Virus record (IMG/VR): IMGVR_UViG_3300045135_002615
Span: 186,001 to 250,000 of that record
Reading direction: 5' to 3' (one strand)
DNA length: 64,000 bases
Shown: piece after piece, positions 10,104 to 19,558 of the stretch
Position numbering within the stretch: the first letter of the stretch is position 1
Layout of the letters: every line of letters starts with the position of its first letter
The notes under the pieces: generated by a model
What the model was told of the DNA's origin: nothing
The model's database searches: none
Seen by the model: the letters and a program-made list of their open reading frames with translations, nothing else
Program-made: the position numbers and the translations under genes

Positions 10104-10670
10104 ATGAGAGATAAGATTAGTCAACTAGAAGCCCGTATTGCACGTCTTGAGCGAGAGTCTAAGGAGAAGTATCCTTGGGACGATTGCATCAAAGATCAGA
10201 TGGAGCAGTACGGGGACAAAGAGACTGCTGAGAAGGTCTGTGGCAAGATCAAGGCACAGTCTCAGGGTAAGAAGGCATCAGATGCGGATCGAATGAATGT
10301 GTTCGTAGGCTCTCTCAAACAGCAGCTACCTCGTGACATCAAGATTGAGGTCTCTGTAGTTGACCGTGAGTCTCATGGCACTACTTATTCTGTTAGTATC
10401 TACCCTTTCAATCCGAATATCTATGATCGCATGGACCTTTTGCGTTTCAAGGGTGATCCAAGACGCTCCGCACCTGCCACCCCTGCGGCTAAGGCTTCCA
10501 ATCGTAAAGCTGCCAACGCTATTCGTAAGGCATTGAAGTTGTTCAATGATGACATTAGACTGCTCAATGACTATAGCTATGAAAAGCCAACTTTGAGGAG
10601 ACCAAGAGTTGGTCCAGCGTACTACGATGGTGTTGCACACGAGATTATCGTCCTCGCTTACAATGTCTAA
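10104..10670 (+). CDS. Hypothetical protein with coiled-coil tag
   Basis: MRDKISQLEARIARLER; small WDDCI...KVCG domain ending at KKAS; AAGGAG RBS. Confidence 0.8.
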   Translation: MRDKISQLEARIARLERESKEKYPWDDCIKDQMEQYGDKETAEKVCGKIKAQSQGKKASDADRMNVFVGSLKQQLPRDIKIEVSVVDRESHGTTYSVSIYPFNPNIYDRMDLLRFKGDPRRSAPATPAAKASNRKAANAIRKALKLFNDDIRLLNDYSYEKPTLRRPRVGPAYYDGVAHEIIVLAYNV

Positions 10671-10773
10671 TCCATTAGCGTTTCCTTAGTATAATAGGTT
10701 CAGAAGCCAAAGCCCATCACTTCCGATTGACTTGCTCCGGCTTCTATAACCCATTCAACATAGGAGATCGCAC

Positions 10774-11502
10774 ATGAGCGGTTTTGCAGATTTTAATCTC
10801 GGTTCATCGAACCAACTTCTTAACGCAGGCAAGACAAAGTGGAAGCCTGAGAACGGCAAGTATCGTGTGTCCTTCGTTGCCCTCCCCGGCATCGAAGAGG
10901 GCAAGCCTCAGTTTGAGGATGCTCAAGGCAACCCCACCAACCCTAACTTCAAGGGCGGTAGCACGATCTACATTGACAAGGTCGGTACAGTCCTCGACAA
11001 GGGTCCTGAGTTCCGTGCTCTCAGCAAGGATGGCAAGGCTCCCTCAACAAAGGTTGTGACCACCTTCGTGTTTTGGCCTACCGATTCAAATGGTGCTCTT
11101 GACAAGGATCGCTTTGCAAAGGGCGACTTTCAGGTACTCAACTACCCCATGAGCCTCGACAAGTACCGTCAGCTTGAGGGTATCAATGTTGAGTTCCCCC
11201 TCAGCAACCATGACCTCAACATCACGGTTGTTGACAAGCAGTTCCACAAGATGACGTTCTCCCCCTCACGCGACAGCCTCTTGAAGATTGTCTCTGAGAA
11301 GAACGCCTCTCTCTTTGAGAGTGTCATCGCCGCCGCTAAGCCCGTCCTTGACGCTCGTGAGTCAGACCTTGCAAACGCGGGTCACCTTACGATTGATCAG
11401 ATTCGTGAGAAGCTCAGTGGCAACATCGGCTCGCCTGTTGAGAGTAAGTCAAACAGCTTCGGCTCTAGTTTCGATGCTGATGACCTTCTCGATAACCTCT
11501 AA
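10774..11502 (+). CDS. Single-stranded DNA-binding protein (gp32-like)
   Basis: Beta-rich core, HDLNI, acidic tail FDADDLLDNL; strongly biased codons; TATAAT upstream. Confidence 0.6.
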   Translation: MSGFADFNLGSSNQLLNAGKTKWKPENGKYRVSFVALPGIEEGKPQFEDAQGNPTNPNFKGGSTIYIDKVGTVLDKGPEFRALSKDGKAPSTKVVTTFVFWPTDSNGALDKDRFAKGDFQVLNYPMSLDKYRQLEGINVEFPLSNHDLNITVVDKQFHKMTFSPSRDSLLKIVSEKNASLFESVIAAAKPVLDARESDLANAGHLTIDQIREKLSGNIGSPVESKSNSFGSSFDADDLLDNL

Positions 11503-11536
11503 GAAGGTTCGGTGACCTAGAGATAGGTCGAATGGC

Positions 11537-11592
11537 AAAAGCCCCCCTCTCCCAAGACTTCGGTCACTCAGGGAGAGGGGGGCTTTCTTTTT
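11537..11592. terminator. Bidirectional intrinsic terminator
   Basis: C-rich and G-rich inverted arms flanked by A and T runs, between convergent genes. Confidence 0.7.
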
Positions 11593-11771
11593 TCTACGAT
11601 CACATGAAGAGTACTGCCAATCATCTGAACAGAGATGACTCCACCTAAGTGGGTCTCTAGCTCTTTCAAGCCTTCTTCAGTTTGACGGCTTAATACGACC
11701 TTATCAAATCCCTTTGCCACTATGGGCTCAGGTCCTAATAGGATCACGGGGATTGTTTTATCTTCACTCAT
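11568..11771 (-). CDS. Small hypothetical protein
   Basis: AGGAGG RBS; ATA-N5-TTTAT at 11805-11817. Confidence 0.7.
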   Translation of the reverse strand: MSEDKTIPVILLGPEPIVAKGFDKVVLSRQTEEGLKELETHLGGVISVQMIGSTLHVIVEKRKPPSP

Positions 11772-11816
11772 AACTCACCTCCTGTCTCAGAGGTGGTCGT
11801 GACTATAAAAGCAGTA

Positions 11817-12155
11817 TCAGACCTTGACCCATGTGGTCAGGACTAACCAACCCCAATCTCTCAAGTCATCCTCAGTTGGGAGGATACCCCGCCTCGATTT
11901 GAGAGCAAGGTCAGAGGAGAGGTTCATCACCTTTTGGTCATTGTTCTTTACACCCCATCGGTACATCTCTTTTAGAGTCTCTAGGGGTAAGGGGGTCGAG
12001 CCACTATCTAAGGGCTTGATATGTCGCTCGTATTTGTCTTTAACAATCTGAGCCTCACCTGACCACACCTCTTCACCTGCTACGATTTTATTCCGAATAC
12101 GGGCGATGGTGTTGTCATTGTAAGGGAGGCTGTCGATCATCTCAAGTAGGGTCAT
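11817..12155 (-). CDS. Hypothetical protein
   Basis: Starts 1 nt after the stop of the 12157-12684 gene. Confidence 0.65.
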   Translation of the reverse strand: MTLLEMIDSLPYNDNTIARIRNKIVAGEEVWSGEAQIVKDKYERHIKPLDSGSTPLPLETLKEMYRWGVKNNDQKVMNLSSDLALKSRRGILPTEDDLRDWGWLVLTTWVKV

Positions 12156-12156
12156 G

Positions 12157-12684
12157 TTATACCTTTAGAGGATTACCATCCTCGTCAAAGAGACGCTCTA
12201 CATCGTATGAGCCATCATTAGAGACACTCACACTCCAGAGGTCTTTGGTTGCTTTATGGATTAGTGTTGTTTCGGAAGCTGCTGTGAGTGACAACCCGTC
12301 TAGTAGTGAGCTTGGTCCTGAGAGCACAATGAAGTGATCATCAAGGTTAGCTACTCTCATGGAAGCAACACGGAGGAACTCATTAGGTATCCTTTGTATC
12401 TTGTCGTTCCCGTCAAAACGGACAAAGGACTCGCCGTCTAGTTGAGTCACATCGCCGTTTGCGGTTCTTACAGATACAATAGTTCCCTTAGTCCCTGCGA
12501 GTGGTAGTTGACCTGGGATCACCACGCCATTATTTGTGTGTGCTACCACACGGGTTCCATCTTCAAAACTTCTCTCTCGTATAGCCTTACGACCTGAGTC
12601 AGTAAGGTCTGAGATTTTAGTGTTAAGCACGGAGTCCATGCTTGCTGTCTTGAAGTTTGAACCGAAGATGATGTCGTCACTCAT
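12157..12684 (-). CDS. Putative virion protein
   Basis: KTAS, RVAS, RVAN sites; LIHKATKDLW; motif at 12724-12736; AAGGAG RBS. Confidence 0.75.
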   Translation of the reverse strand: MSDDIIFGSNFKTASMDSVLNTKISDLTDSGRKAIRERSFEDGTRVVAHTNNGVVIPGQLPLAGTKGTIVSVRTANGDVTQLDGESFVRFDGNDKIQRIPNEFLRVASMRVANLDDHFIVLSGPSSLLDGLSLTAASETTLIHKATKDLWSVSVSNDGSYDVERLFDEDGNPLKV

Positions 12685-12739
12685 AACGCACTCCTTATTG
12701 TATGATTGACTAAGGAGTGCGTTATAAAAAGACTATTTT

Positions 12740-13402
12740 TTAGATGAACTTTGTGTTCAAGCCCTTCTTGAACTCCTTAATGGCTTTAAATCCATTTTCT
12801 GGGGAGTCTTGGTTAAGAATGGTGATCTCAATCGCTTTTTCGTTCACTACACGAACCGCGATGCCTTTGCTGAACTTGACAGTGTTAACCTCAACCTCCC
12901 ATCTTCCGTCATCATCTTTGTACCCATCGAAGAAATCAACATCAACCTTCACCACATAGCCGTAGAGGTCATCGCCGTGAAGTCCGTAGTGTGTAAACTC
13001 AACCGATAGATTTCGGTACTCCGCTATTTCGGGGCTATTCAGGAAACGCTTGACTTCCGCCACAACAGCTTTCTTCCCTTCAGCAATAGAGGTCTTGGGG
13101 TTGCTCTCCTTCTTCAAGAGTCTACGCACTTCGTCCTCAAACTTAACACCACCGGGTAGGGCGGGGACAAGGGACTTGTACTTAGGGTAGTTGCGGAAGA
13201 TAATCCTACGCAGGTTACGAGCTTGAGGCTCAGTCAAAGCATCACGAGGGGATGTCCGAACATTTTGGAGCCATACTTTAATGTCCATAAGGAAGCGAAG
13301 ATCACGACCTTTGACAGTATCACTGTTGATGATGATGTCGAGAAGGTGGGTCACTTTGACCATTTGCTGATAGGGGGTGTCATTGTAATAGGGATGGTTC
13401 AT
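12740..13402 (-). CDS. Hypothetical protein
   Basis: GGAGG RBS before MNHPYY; the longer start would overlap the RuvC-like gene. Confidence 0.7.
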   Translation of the reverse strand: MNHPYYNDTPYQQMVKVTHLLDIIINSDTVKGRDLRFLMDIKVWLQNVRTSPRDALTEPQARNLRRIIFRNYPKYKSLVPALPGGVKFEDEVRRLLKKESNPKTSIAEGKKAVVAEVKRFLNSPEIAEYRNLSVEFTHYGLHGDDLYGYVVKVDVDFFDGYKDDDGRWEVEVNTVKFSKGIAVRVVNEKAIEITILNQDSPENGFKAIKEFKKGLNTKFI

Positions 13403-13466
13403 ATCTGTATCCTCCGTTGTTAGTATAAGTCTATTATAGATATAAAAAGACTTACAGGAGACACTA

Positions 13467-14129
13467 ATGATACTAGGACTAGACCCCTCGCTCAGAAACT
13501 TTGGGTGGGTATTGATTGACGATGACGGCTCCTTTATGGACAAGGGTATGATGTCTACCTCAGCTAAGGAGGTCTTCATCGAGAGATACATATACCTCCG
13601 AGAAGGCTTAAGGGAGATCATTCAGAAGGTTCGGGCAGATCATCCTGATAACACACTCAAGGTCGGTATTGAGTCTCCGATCTTCAATGACCTGTACTCA
13701 GAGGGTATGTATGGACTATTCCTCTACTCTAATGAGGCTCTCATGCTTGAGAAGGTGGACACTGTCTACTTGACTCCCAACCAAGTGAAGGCTCATGCCC
13801 ATGCCTTCTTAGGTCGCCCAAAAGGTTGGAAGATGCTCAAAGCAGACATGGTGGATGCTGCGAAGCAAGCTACACAAGGTCAGACAGGTGCGAATAGGTG
13901 GAACCACCACCAAGCGGATGCCTTCTGGGTAGGTCGAACTGCGGCGAGGTTTTGGGCTCTCGTTGATGGTGACATAGAGTCCTCCGACCTTACCGACTTA
14001 GAGCGTAAGCACTTCTCAGACCTTGATCGCTATGTTAAGGGTAAGAAGGCAGGCAAGGTAAAGCGTATGGGTATTACACATAAAGAGAATGACCGCTTCT
14101 TCAGGTGGTCGGACGAGGGCAATAACTAA
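13467..14129 (+). CDS. RuvC-like Holliday junction resolvase
   Basis: ILGLDPSLRNFG, IESP, P.QVK, ADA. Confidence 0.8.
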   Translation: MILGLDPSLRNFGWVLIDDDGSFMDKGMMSTSAKEVFIERYIYLREGLREIIQKVRADHPDNTLKVGIESPIFNDLYSEGMYGLFLYSNEALMLEKVDTVYLTPNQVKAHAHAFLGRPKGWKMLKADMVDAAKQATQGQTGANRWNHHQADAFWVGRTAARFWALVDGDIESSDLTDLERKHFSDLDRYVKGKKAGKVKRMGITHKENDRFFRWSDEGNN

Positions 14130-14890
14130 TGGAGAACCAAATTTTTAATGAGTCCTGTTTAGACACCATGAGCCGTATGGGAGAGGGGACTATAGACTTA
14201 GTGGTTACAAGTCCCCCTTACTTTAACGCCCGCGAGTACAGCCAATACTCTGATGTCTCGTCTTATATGGAGACGATGAAAGAAATCTTTACAGAGGTTT
14301 ATCGGGTCTTGGGTGAGGCTAGGTTTCTAGCGGTCAATATATCCCCCGTCTTAGTCTCAAGAGAGAAGAGGAATGATGAGAGTAGGCGTATCCCTCTACC
14401 CTTCTACTATGTGCCTATGCTTGAGGAGATAGGTTTCTTATTTCTTGAGGACATTATATGGAAGAAGCCTGATGGGGCTGTGTACAACAGAACAGGGAAA
14501 TTCTCAACGCACCTCCGACCTCGTGCTTACAAGCCTAACTTGGTGACTGAGTATATCCTTGTGTTTCGTAAGCCGTCTGAGAAAATCTTAGACGCTTATC
14601 TCAAGGTGGGGTCACTTGTAGGGGAGAGTTATGAACGCACAAATGTGTGGGAGATGAACCCTGAGACACACAGCGACCACTCGGCTCCTTTTCCCGAAGC
14701 CCTGCCCTATAAGCTCATCGAGTACTACTCTTACGAGGGTGAGCTCGTATATGACCCCTTCTTAGGGTCAGGGACTACCGCTAAGGTGGCTAAGATGACC
14801 AAACGGAAGTACCTCGGCTCAGAGATCAATGGAGATTACTTCAAGATAGCCCAAAAGAGGATAGACCAAACACAGGAGTACTTCTTCTGA
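14129..14890 (+). CDS. DNA amino-methyltransferase, beta class (m4C/m6A)
   Basis: TSPPY, HSAPFP, DPFLGSGTT. Confidence 0.92.
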   Translation: MENQIFNESCLDTMSRMGEGTIDLVVTSPPYFNAREYSQYSDVSSYMETMKEIFTEVYRVLGEARFLAVNISPVLVSREKRNDESRRIPLPFYYVPMLEEIGFLFLEDIIWKKPDGAVYNRTGKFSTHLRPRAYKPNLVTEYILVFRKPSEKILDAYLKVGSLVGESYERTNVWEMNPETHSDHSAPFPEALPYKLIEYYSYEGELVYDPFLGSGTTAKVAKMTKRKYLGSEINGDYFKIAQKRIDQTQEYFF

Positions 14891-15690
14891 TGGAGAACCA
14901 TATTTTTAACGAGACTTGCTTAGATACCATGAGCCGTATGGGAGACAACTCCATAGACCTAGTGGTCACTAGCCCACCCTATGATAATCTCAGAACCTAT
15001 GATAACGACATAGATCAGACATGGGGTGAAACGGTTTGGAAGCCCATCATTTCTGAACTCTCTAGGGTAATCAAAGAAGGTGGTGTTATCGTTTGGGTTG
15101 TGAATGATGCCACCATTGATGGGGATGAGACAGGTACGAGCTTCAAACAGGCACTCTACTTTAAAGAGTGTGGTTTGAAGCTGTATGACACTATGATCTT
15201 TCAAAAGTCAGGGTGTGCCTCTCCTAGTAAGAAGAGGTATTACCCTTCTTTTGAGTATATGTTTGTATTCTCAAAAGGTCACCCTACTACATTTAACCCA
15301 ATCTTAGATCGGGAGAACAAGTGGAGAGAGAGATGGGGGAAGAAGCGAAAGAAGAGAAAAAAAGATGGTTCTTTCGGAGCAGACTATGACACCAAAGAAG
15401 CCCCTCAATTTGGTATGAGATATAACATATGGAAGTACCATCAGGGCTTCCAACGAAGCGGAGAGGATATCTTCGAGCATCCTGCCACATTTCCCGAAAA
15501 CCTAGCCCACGACCATATTATCTCTTGGTCTAACGAGGGAGATGTAGTTTACGACCCATTCTTAGGGTCTGGGACTACCGCTAAAATGGCTAAGATGACC
15601 AAACGTAAATATCTCGGTTCAGAGATCAACGCGGATTACTTCAGGTTAGCCCAAAAGAGGATAGATCAAACACAGGAGTACTTCTTCTAG
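14890..15690 (+). CDS. DNA amino-methyltransferase, beta class; tandem paralogue
   Basis: TSPPY, HPATFP, DPFLGSGTT; termini near-identical to the previous gene. Confidence 0.92.
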   Translation: MENHIFNETCLDTMSRMGDNSIDLVVTSPPYDNLRTYDNDIDQTWGETVWKPIISELSRVIKEGGVIVWVVNDATIDGDETGTSFKQALYFKECGLKLYDTMIFQKSGCASPSKKRYYPSFEYMFVFSKGHPTTFNPILDRENKWRERWGKKRKKRKKDGSFGADYDTKEAPQFGMRYNIWKYHQGFQRSGEDIFEHPATFPENLAHDHIISWSNEGDVVYDPFLGSGTTAKMAKMTKRKYLGSEINADYFRLAQKRIDQTQEYFF

Positions 15691-15754
15691 TGGTGGTTCG
15701 ATAACCCTTCTATCAACACGAGTTGTTCATAGACTAATCTATAGGAGATACTTT

Positions 15755-16510
15755 ATGCCTTACGGTCATATTTTTATGAGGTCCTCTTCCTCTAAGTTTA
15801 TGGGATACCTAAACAAAAACATCAAAGACTACTTTGATGATGTTATGAAAAGAGCAGCAATTTATGTAGTCCACAACCGCTCCCTCTCCGACAATCCAGC
15901 TACAGAGGGTAGTTGGTATGCTGACTTTGAACGTAGCATCAAGAAGTCCATGCTAGGCAAACTCGGTGCTAACTTCAATTCTCTCACCAAAGAAGAGAGC
16001 CTTGAGCTTATGGTGGGGTTCTTTGAGGATTTTCTTGGCAAGACAGGTCGCCAATACCGACCTGTGGTTCTACCTGTCATCAAGGAGATGGAAGCTCACA
16101 TTGAGTATATTCGTGAGCTCAGACGCAAACATGAAGAGGAGCTTGCGAGGGTTCGTGAGCTCAAACAAATCGAGCAGAGAAAGAGCCAAGAAGACCAAGC
16201 TATTAAGCCCGCTGTTGGGGATATACTCTATAGCTCTAGTGGGTACAGCATGACTCTTGTCTCGTACTACAAGGTCACTAAAGTCACACCAAGTGGTAAG
16301 TCTGTCACCTTACAGAAGCTAAACGATGAGAAGACAGGTGGCGGTTTTCATGGGTACATAGTGCCCTCAAAGACATTTGAGCAACCAGGTCTTGTCCACC
16401 GTAACAAGAGAGTGCTTCTCACTAGGGATGGCTACTCCGTGAAGATCAACAACTATGAGAGGGCATACCTGTGGGACGGTAAGCCTAAATACTACAATAC
16501 GATGGACTGA
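15755..16510 (+). CDS. Hypothetical protein (helical N-terminus, SH3-like C-terminus)
   Basis: AGGAG RBS; VGDILYSSSGY...YYKV; variant motif ATAACCCTTCTAT at 15701. Confidence 0.75.
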   Translation: MPYGHIFMRSSSSKFMGYLNKNIKDYFDDVMKRAAIYVVHNRSLSDNPATEGSWYADFERSIKKSMLGKLGANFNSLTKEESLELMVGFFEDFLGKTGRQYRPVVLPVIKEMEAHIEYIRELRRKHEEELARVRELKQIEQRKSQEDQAIKPAVGDILYSSSGYSMTLVSYYKVTKVTPSGKSVTLQKLNDEKTGGGFHGYIVPSKTFEQPGLVHRNKRVLLTRDGYSVKINNYERAYLWDGKPKYYNTMD

Positions 16511-16549
16511 TTGGGTATCATACTCCACAGACCAACACGGAGGTGTTAG

Positions 16550-17050
16550 ATGTGGAGGAATGGCAAGGGAGATAAAGTGACCCTTACAGATGTTCTCTCA
16601 TTTGTTGAGAAGGCTCATGCAGTAGGGTCACAGGTAGTAGTTGGTACAGATAGTCAGCCTTTCAATCATGGCACTTTCTCTGTGACCGTAATCGCATTCC
16701 TCTCTAGTGATCGCTCCGTGCATGGCAGGTACTTTTACTTAGAACACTCAGAGCTGACTAAACACCACAATCTTTTTGAGAGGATTTATCACGAGGTGAG
16801 CCTCACGATAAACCTACTACATGAGATCAAGCATTTGACCCCTATAGAGGACATAGAAGTCCATATAGACGTGAGCCCTGATAATGGGAAAACAAAGACC
16901 TCACGTTGGTCAAATACCCTTGTTTCGATGGTTAGAGGGTATGGCGTTCGTGAGGTCTGTGTGAAGCCTTCTTCTTGGTGTGCTTCTAAGTTAGCAGATG
17001 CTTACACCAAGAAGAGGAGTATTCGTGTACTGAGGAACAGGGCTCAATAG
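16550..17050 (+). CDS. RNase H-fold YkuK/DUF458-like protein
   Basis: VVGTDSQ, ERIYHEV, IEVHID, KP..W.AS..AD. Confidence 0.8.
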   Translation: MWRNGKGDKVTLTDVLSFVEKAHAVGSQVVVGTDSQPFNHGTFSVTVIAFLSSDRSVHGRYFYLEHSELTKHHNLFERIYHEVSLTINLLHEIKHLTPIEDIEVHIDVSPDNGKTKTSRWSNTLVSMVRGYGVREVCVKPSSWCASKLADAYTKKRSIRVLRNRAQ

Positions 17051-17460
17051 TCGAAGTCTAGGGAGATCTCCAAGAGCTTGATCTCATCCTCTTCGAGAGG
17101 CTCACCGAGTACACTGATCACCATCTCGTAACGGAAGGTCACATCGGGGTCTCCCTCTTCGGGGTAATCTTCACTGTACGCTTTGACTTCCATAGAGTCG
17201 TCATCAGCCCAGTTAACCCAACCAAGATCCTTTAATCTCTCCTTCTTGATAAAGGAGAGTAGGTCTTCAAGGCTCTTGAACTTCTGCTTACGGTACATGG
17301 TGGCATAATCCTGCTCATAGTCACCGCTACCATCAGGGGAGAACCTAGTCTCTACGGAATAGACTGAAACCTCGAACCTATCCTTAGCGGGTTTCCCCCT
17401 AAGAGTCTTTTTTTCAAGGCGGGCAATGCGGCTCTCTAGCTCACTTATCTTGTTGATCAT
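17044..17460 (-). CDS. Acidic hypothetical protein with coiled-coil tag
   Basis: MINKISELESRIARLEKK; motif at 17495-17507. Confidence 0.8.
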   Translation of the reverse strand: MINKISELESRIARLEKKTLRGKPAKDRFEVSVYSVETRFSPDGSGDYEQDYATMYRKQKFKSLEDLLSFIKKERLKDLGWVNWADDDSMEVKAYSEDYPEEGDPDVTFRYEMVISVLGEPLEEDEIKLLEISLDFDY

Positions 17461-17503
17461 TGATCAAATCCTTTCATTACATGTGTAAGGATTTATAAAT
17501 AAG

Positions 17504-17866
17504 TTATCGTTTCCTGTTAGGGTTTCTTGCTTCGTAGTCGATGCGTGCTTTTTGCTTACGGCACTTATCCGAGCAGTATCTTTTTCTGTCTTGAGCCACA
17601 ACTTCTGTGCAATCGTAGTTGTCACAGACCTTGATCGTGACTTCAACGATTTTTGAGATCTTTTCGTTTTGCTGTTGTTGCATCTCTTCTTGTGTGTGTG
17701 GGTATCCCGTCATGCTTCTACCTGGGCATGGGTGATACCAACAGCTCTCATTACTCTCAGGGTAACTTGGGGAGGTAAGTCGAGAGAGGCACTTCCACTT
17801 CTTTTTTCCATCGGAGTCGATAAACCAATGGACTCTGCATTTTCTTGAACCATCTAAAATAGCCAT
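17504..17866 (-). CDS. Cys-rich putative Zn-binding protein
   Basis: C..C...YCSDKCR plus N-terminal Cys/His residues. Confidence 0.65.
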   Translation of the reverse strand: MAILDGSRKCRVHWFIDSDGKKKWKCLSRLTSPSYPESNESCWYHPCPGRSMTGYPHTQEEMQQQQNEKISKIVEVTIKVCDNYDCTEVVAQDRKRYCSDKCRKQKARIDYEARNPNRKR

Positions 17867-17948
17867 ACTTGTGTTCCCACTTTAAGTTGTTTTAATCGTC
17901 CAATACCATACAATCGGTATAGTGGCACACTAACAGAAAGGCGGAAGA

Positions 17949-18692
17949 ATGTCACAGGATTTTAGGGAGAGACTTGTACCTCTATTCGGGGATAACATGG
18001 GCGGAGTAGCCTATGTTCAGCACATGGGAGATGACTTAACTCAAGTAAACGCAGCTCGTGCGTCACTAGGTAAAGTATCGACAGAGATGGGTGCTTCGGA
18101 ACTCCGTCTCTCTAACTTCTTAATCAGATCTGGTCACACAAGCACCTCTGAGCATAATACGCTCACCCTTTGGTTCAAAGTACCGATGTTCGTTGCTCGT
18201 CAACACATGCGACATAGAACCTTCTCATACAATGAGATCAGCCGTAGATACACCGCTGAATCTATTGAGTTCTACTTCCCTGAGAGTATGAGGCTTCAAG
18301 ACACCAAGAACCGCCAAGCAAGTCTTAACGAGCTAATAGATCCTCCTATGGACATCTATCCACAGATGCTTGAGTCCCGTAAATGTACTGAGGCTATCCG
18401 TTACCATACGATGCTCTCGGTACAGCTCTTTGAAGAGATGGTCGAGAAGGGTATAGCCCGCGAACAAGCTCGTATGGTGCTCCCTCAGAACCTCTATACA
18501 ACATATTGGTGTACGGGTAGCCTTCACAATTGGATTAATAGCTTCATAGCTAAGAGAGACCATGAGGATGCCCAATGGGAGATGAGGGTTGTCGCTAGAG
18601 AGGTGAGCCGTCAAATCTCAGAGGTTTGGCCTATCTTGCACGAGAACTTTGTCAAGCATGGGAAGATCCCCGCACTTGATTCTCCTATCTGA
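17949..18692 (+). CDS. thyX: Flavin-dependent thymidylate synthase
   Basis: RHRTFSYNEISRRY, REQARMVLP, AQWE. Confidence 0.96.
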   Translation: MSQDFRERLVPLFGDNMGGVAYVQHMGDDLTQVNAARASLGKVSTEMGASELRLSNFLIRSGHTSTSEHNTLTLWFKVPMFVARQHMRHRTFSYNEISRRYTAESIEFYFPESMRLQDTKNRQASLNELIDPPMDIYPQMLESRKCTEAIRYHTMLSVQLFEEMVEKGIAREQARMVLPQNLYTTYWCTGSLHNWINSFIAKRDHEDAQWEMRVVAREVSRQISEVWPILHENFVKHGKIPALDSPI

Positions 18693-18721
18693 TCTATAAG
18701 GGAGATGAAAGGAGATTACTA

Positions 18722-18907
18722 ATGAAAAGACATTTGACCCCACTCATCCTCAGCCACACCTCATCTCGCAGGTATGACCGACAGCGTCTCTTGAAGGCGA
18801 TTGATAAGCTGACCCCTGAAGAGCAAGCAGACCTATTTGCTATCCTCCAAGACAAGACCGAGGAAGCACAGAAGTACAAGACCTTATCCCGCAGACGCAT
18901 GTTCTAA
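18722..18907 (+). CDS. Small hypothetical protein
   Basis: AAAGGAG RBS; MKRHLT start resembles the MRHLT leaders. Confidence 0.6.
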   Translation: MKRHLTPLILSHTSSRRYDRQRLLKAIDKLTPEEQADLFAILQDKTEEAQKYKTLSRRRMF

Positions 18908-18959
18908 TAGGTCTTTTATCTCATAGACCTCTCTAACAGATGACAGAGAGGTCTATGAG

Positions 18960-19511
18960 ATGAGAAGAATAGCAAAAGCAAACGTAACACCGATCAGACA
19001 GAGGACACAGTTCTCTTGCGTGTCTACTTCAACGTGTATGGCACTCAATGCGGTCGGTGTTAAGTGTACCGAGGACGAGGTTAATGAGGTTATCGGTGCT
19101 CGTCCCATGCAAGGTGCAAGGTGGGAAGAGGTGCTCGCATGTGCTCAGTATTTCGGGTGTAGGGCAACGCTTACGACACCTGCAACTCTCACCCAAGTTA
19201 AGGCTTGGACTGACGCAGGTAAACCTGTTCTCATCGCATGGAACCCAGAGGGGCGGGATTGGAGCCATGCAAGTCTTATCTTTGATGTGACGGGTGAAAA
19301 GGGAAGCTATGTCGTCCATGTAGCTGATCCTAACATCCCTAACCCTGACAAGACAACCCGTGAGGTTAGTGAGGATGAGTTCTACTCAAAGTGGTACGAG
19401 AAGTGGCCTAACTATTTAGTACGTCGCCCCGCTCTCATGATTGAGCGAGAGGTCTGTGAGAATGGTAGGCAACTTATGGCGAGTAAGATCGCGTCTAAGT
19501 ACCTACGCTAA
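18960..19511 (+). CDS. C39-like cysteine peptidase
   Basis: Q...SC, H, ADP catalytic pattern; motif at 18907-18919; C-terminal KIASKYLR. Confidence 0.8.
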   Translation: MRRIAKANVTPIRQRTQFSCVSTSTCMALNAVGVKCTEDEVNEVIGARPMQGARWEEVLACAQYFGCRATLTTPATLTQVKAWTDAGKPVLIAWNPEGRDWSHASLIFDVTGEKGSYVVHVADPNIPNPDKTTREVSEDEFYSKWYEKWPNYLVRRPALMIEREVCENGRQLMASKIASKYLR

Positions 19512-19558
19512 TAGTTCATTTATCCATAGGCATATGCAACTAGATGCCACCGTGAGGT

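Noticed and set aside
13403-13621. N-terminal extension of the 12740 ORF
   Set aside because: Antisense to the RuvC-like gene; RBS and promoter motif support 13402
13467-15690. Restriction-modification system
   Set aside because: The nuclease has RuvC resolvase motifs; the methylases look like orphans
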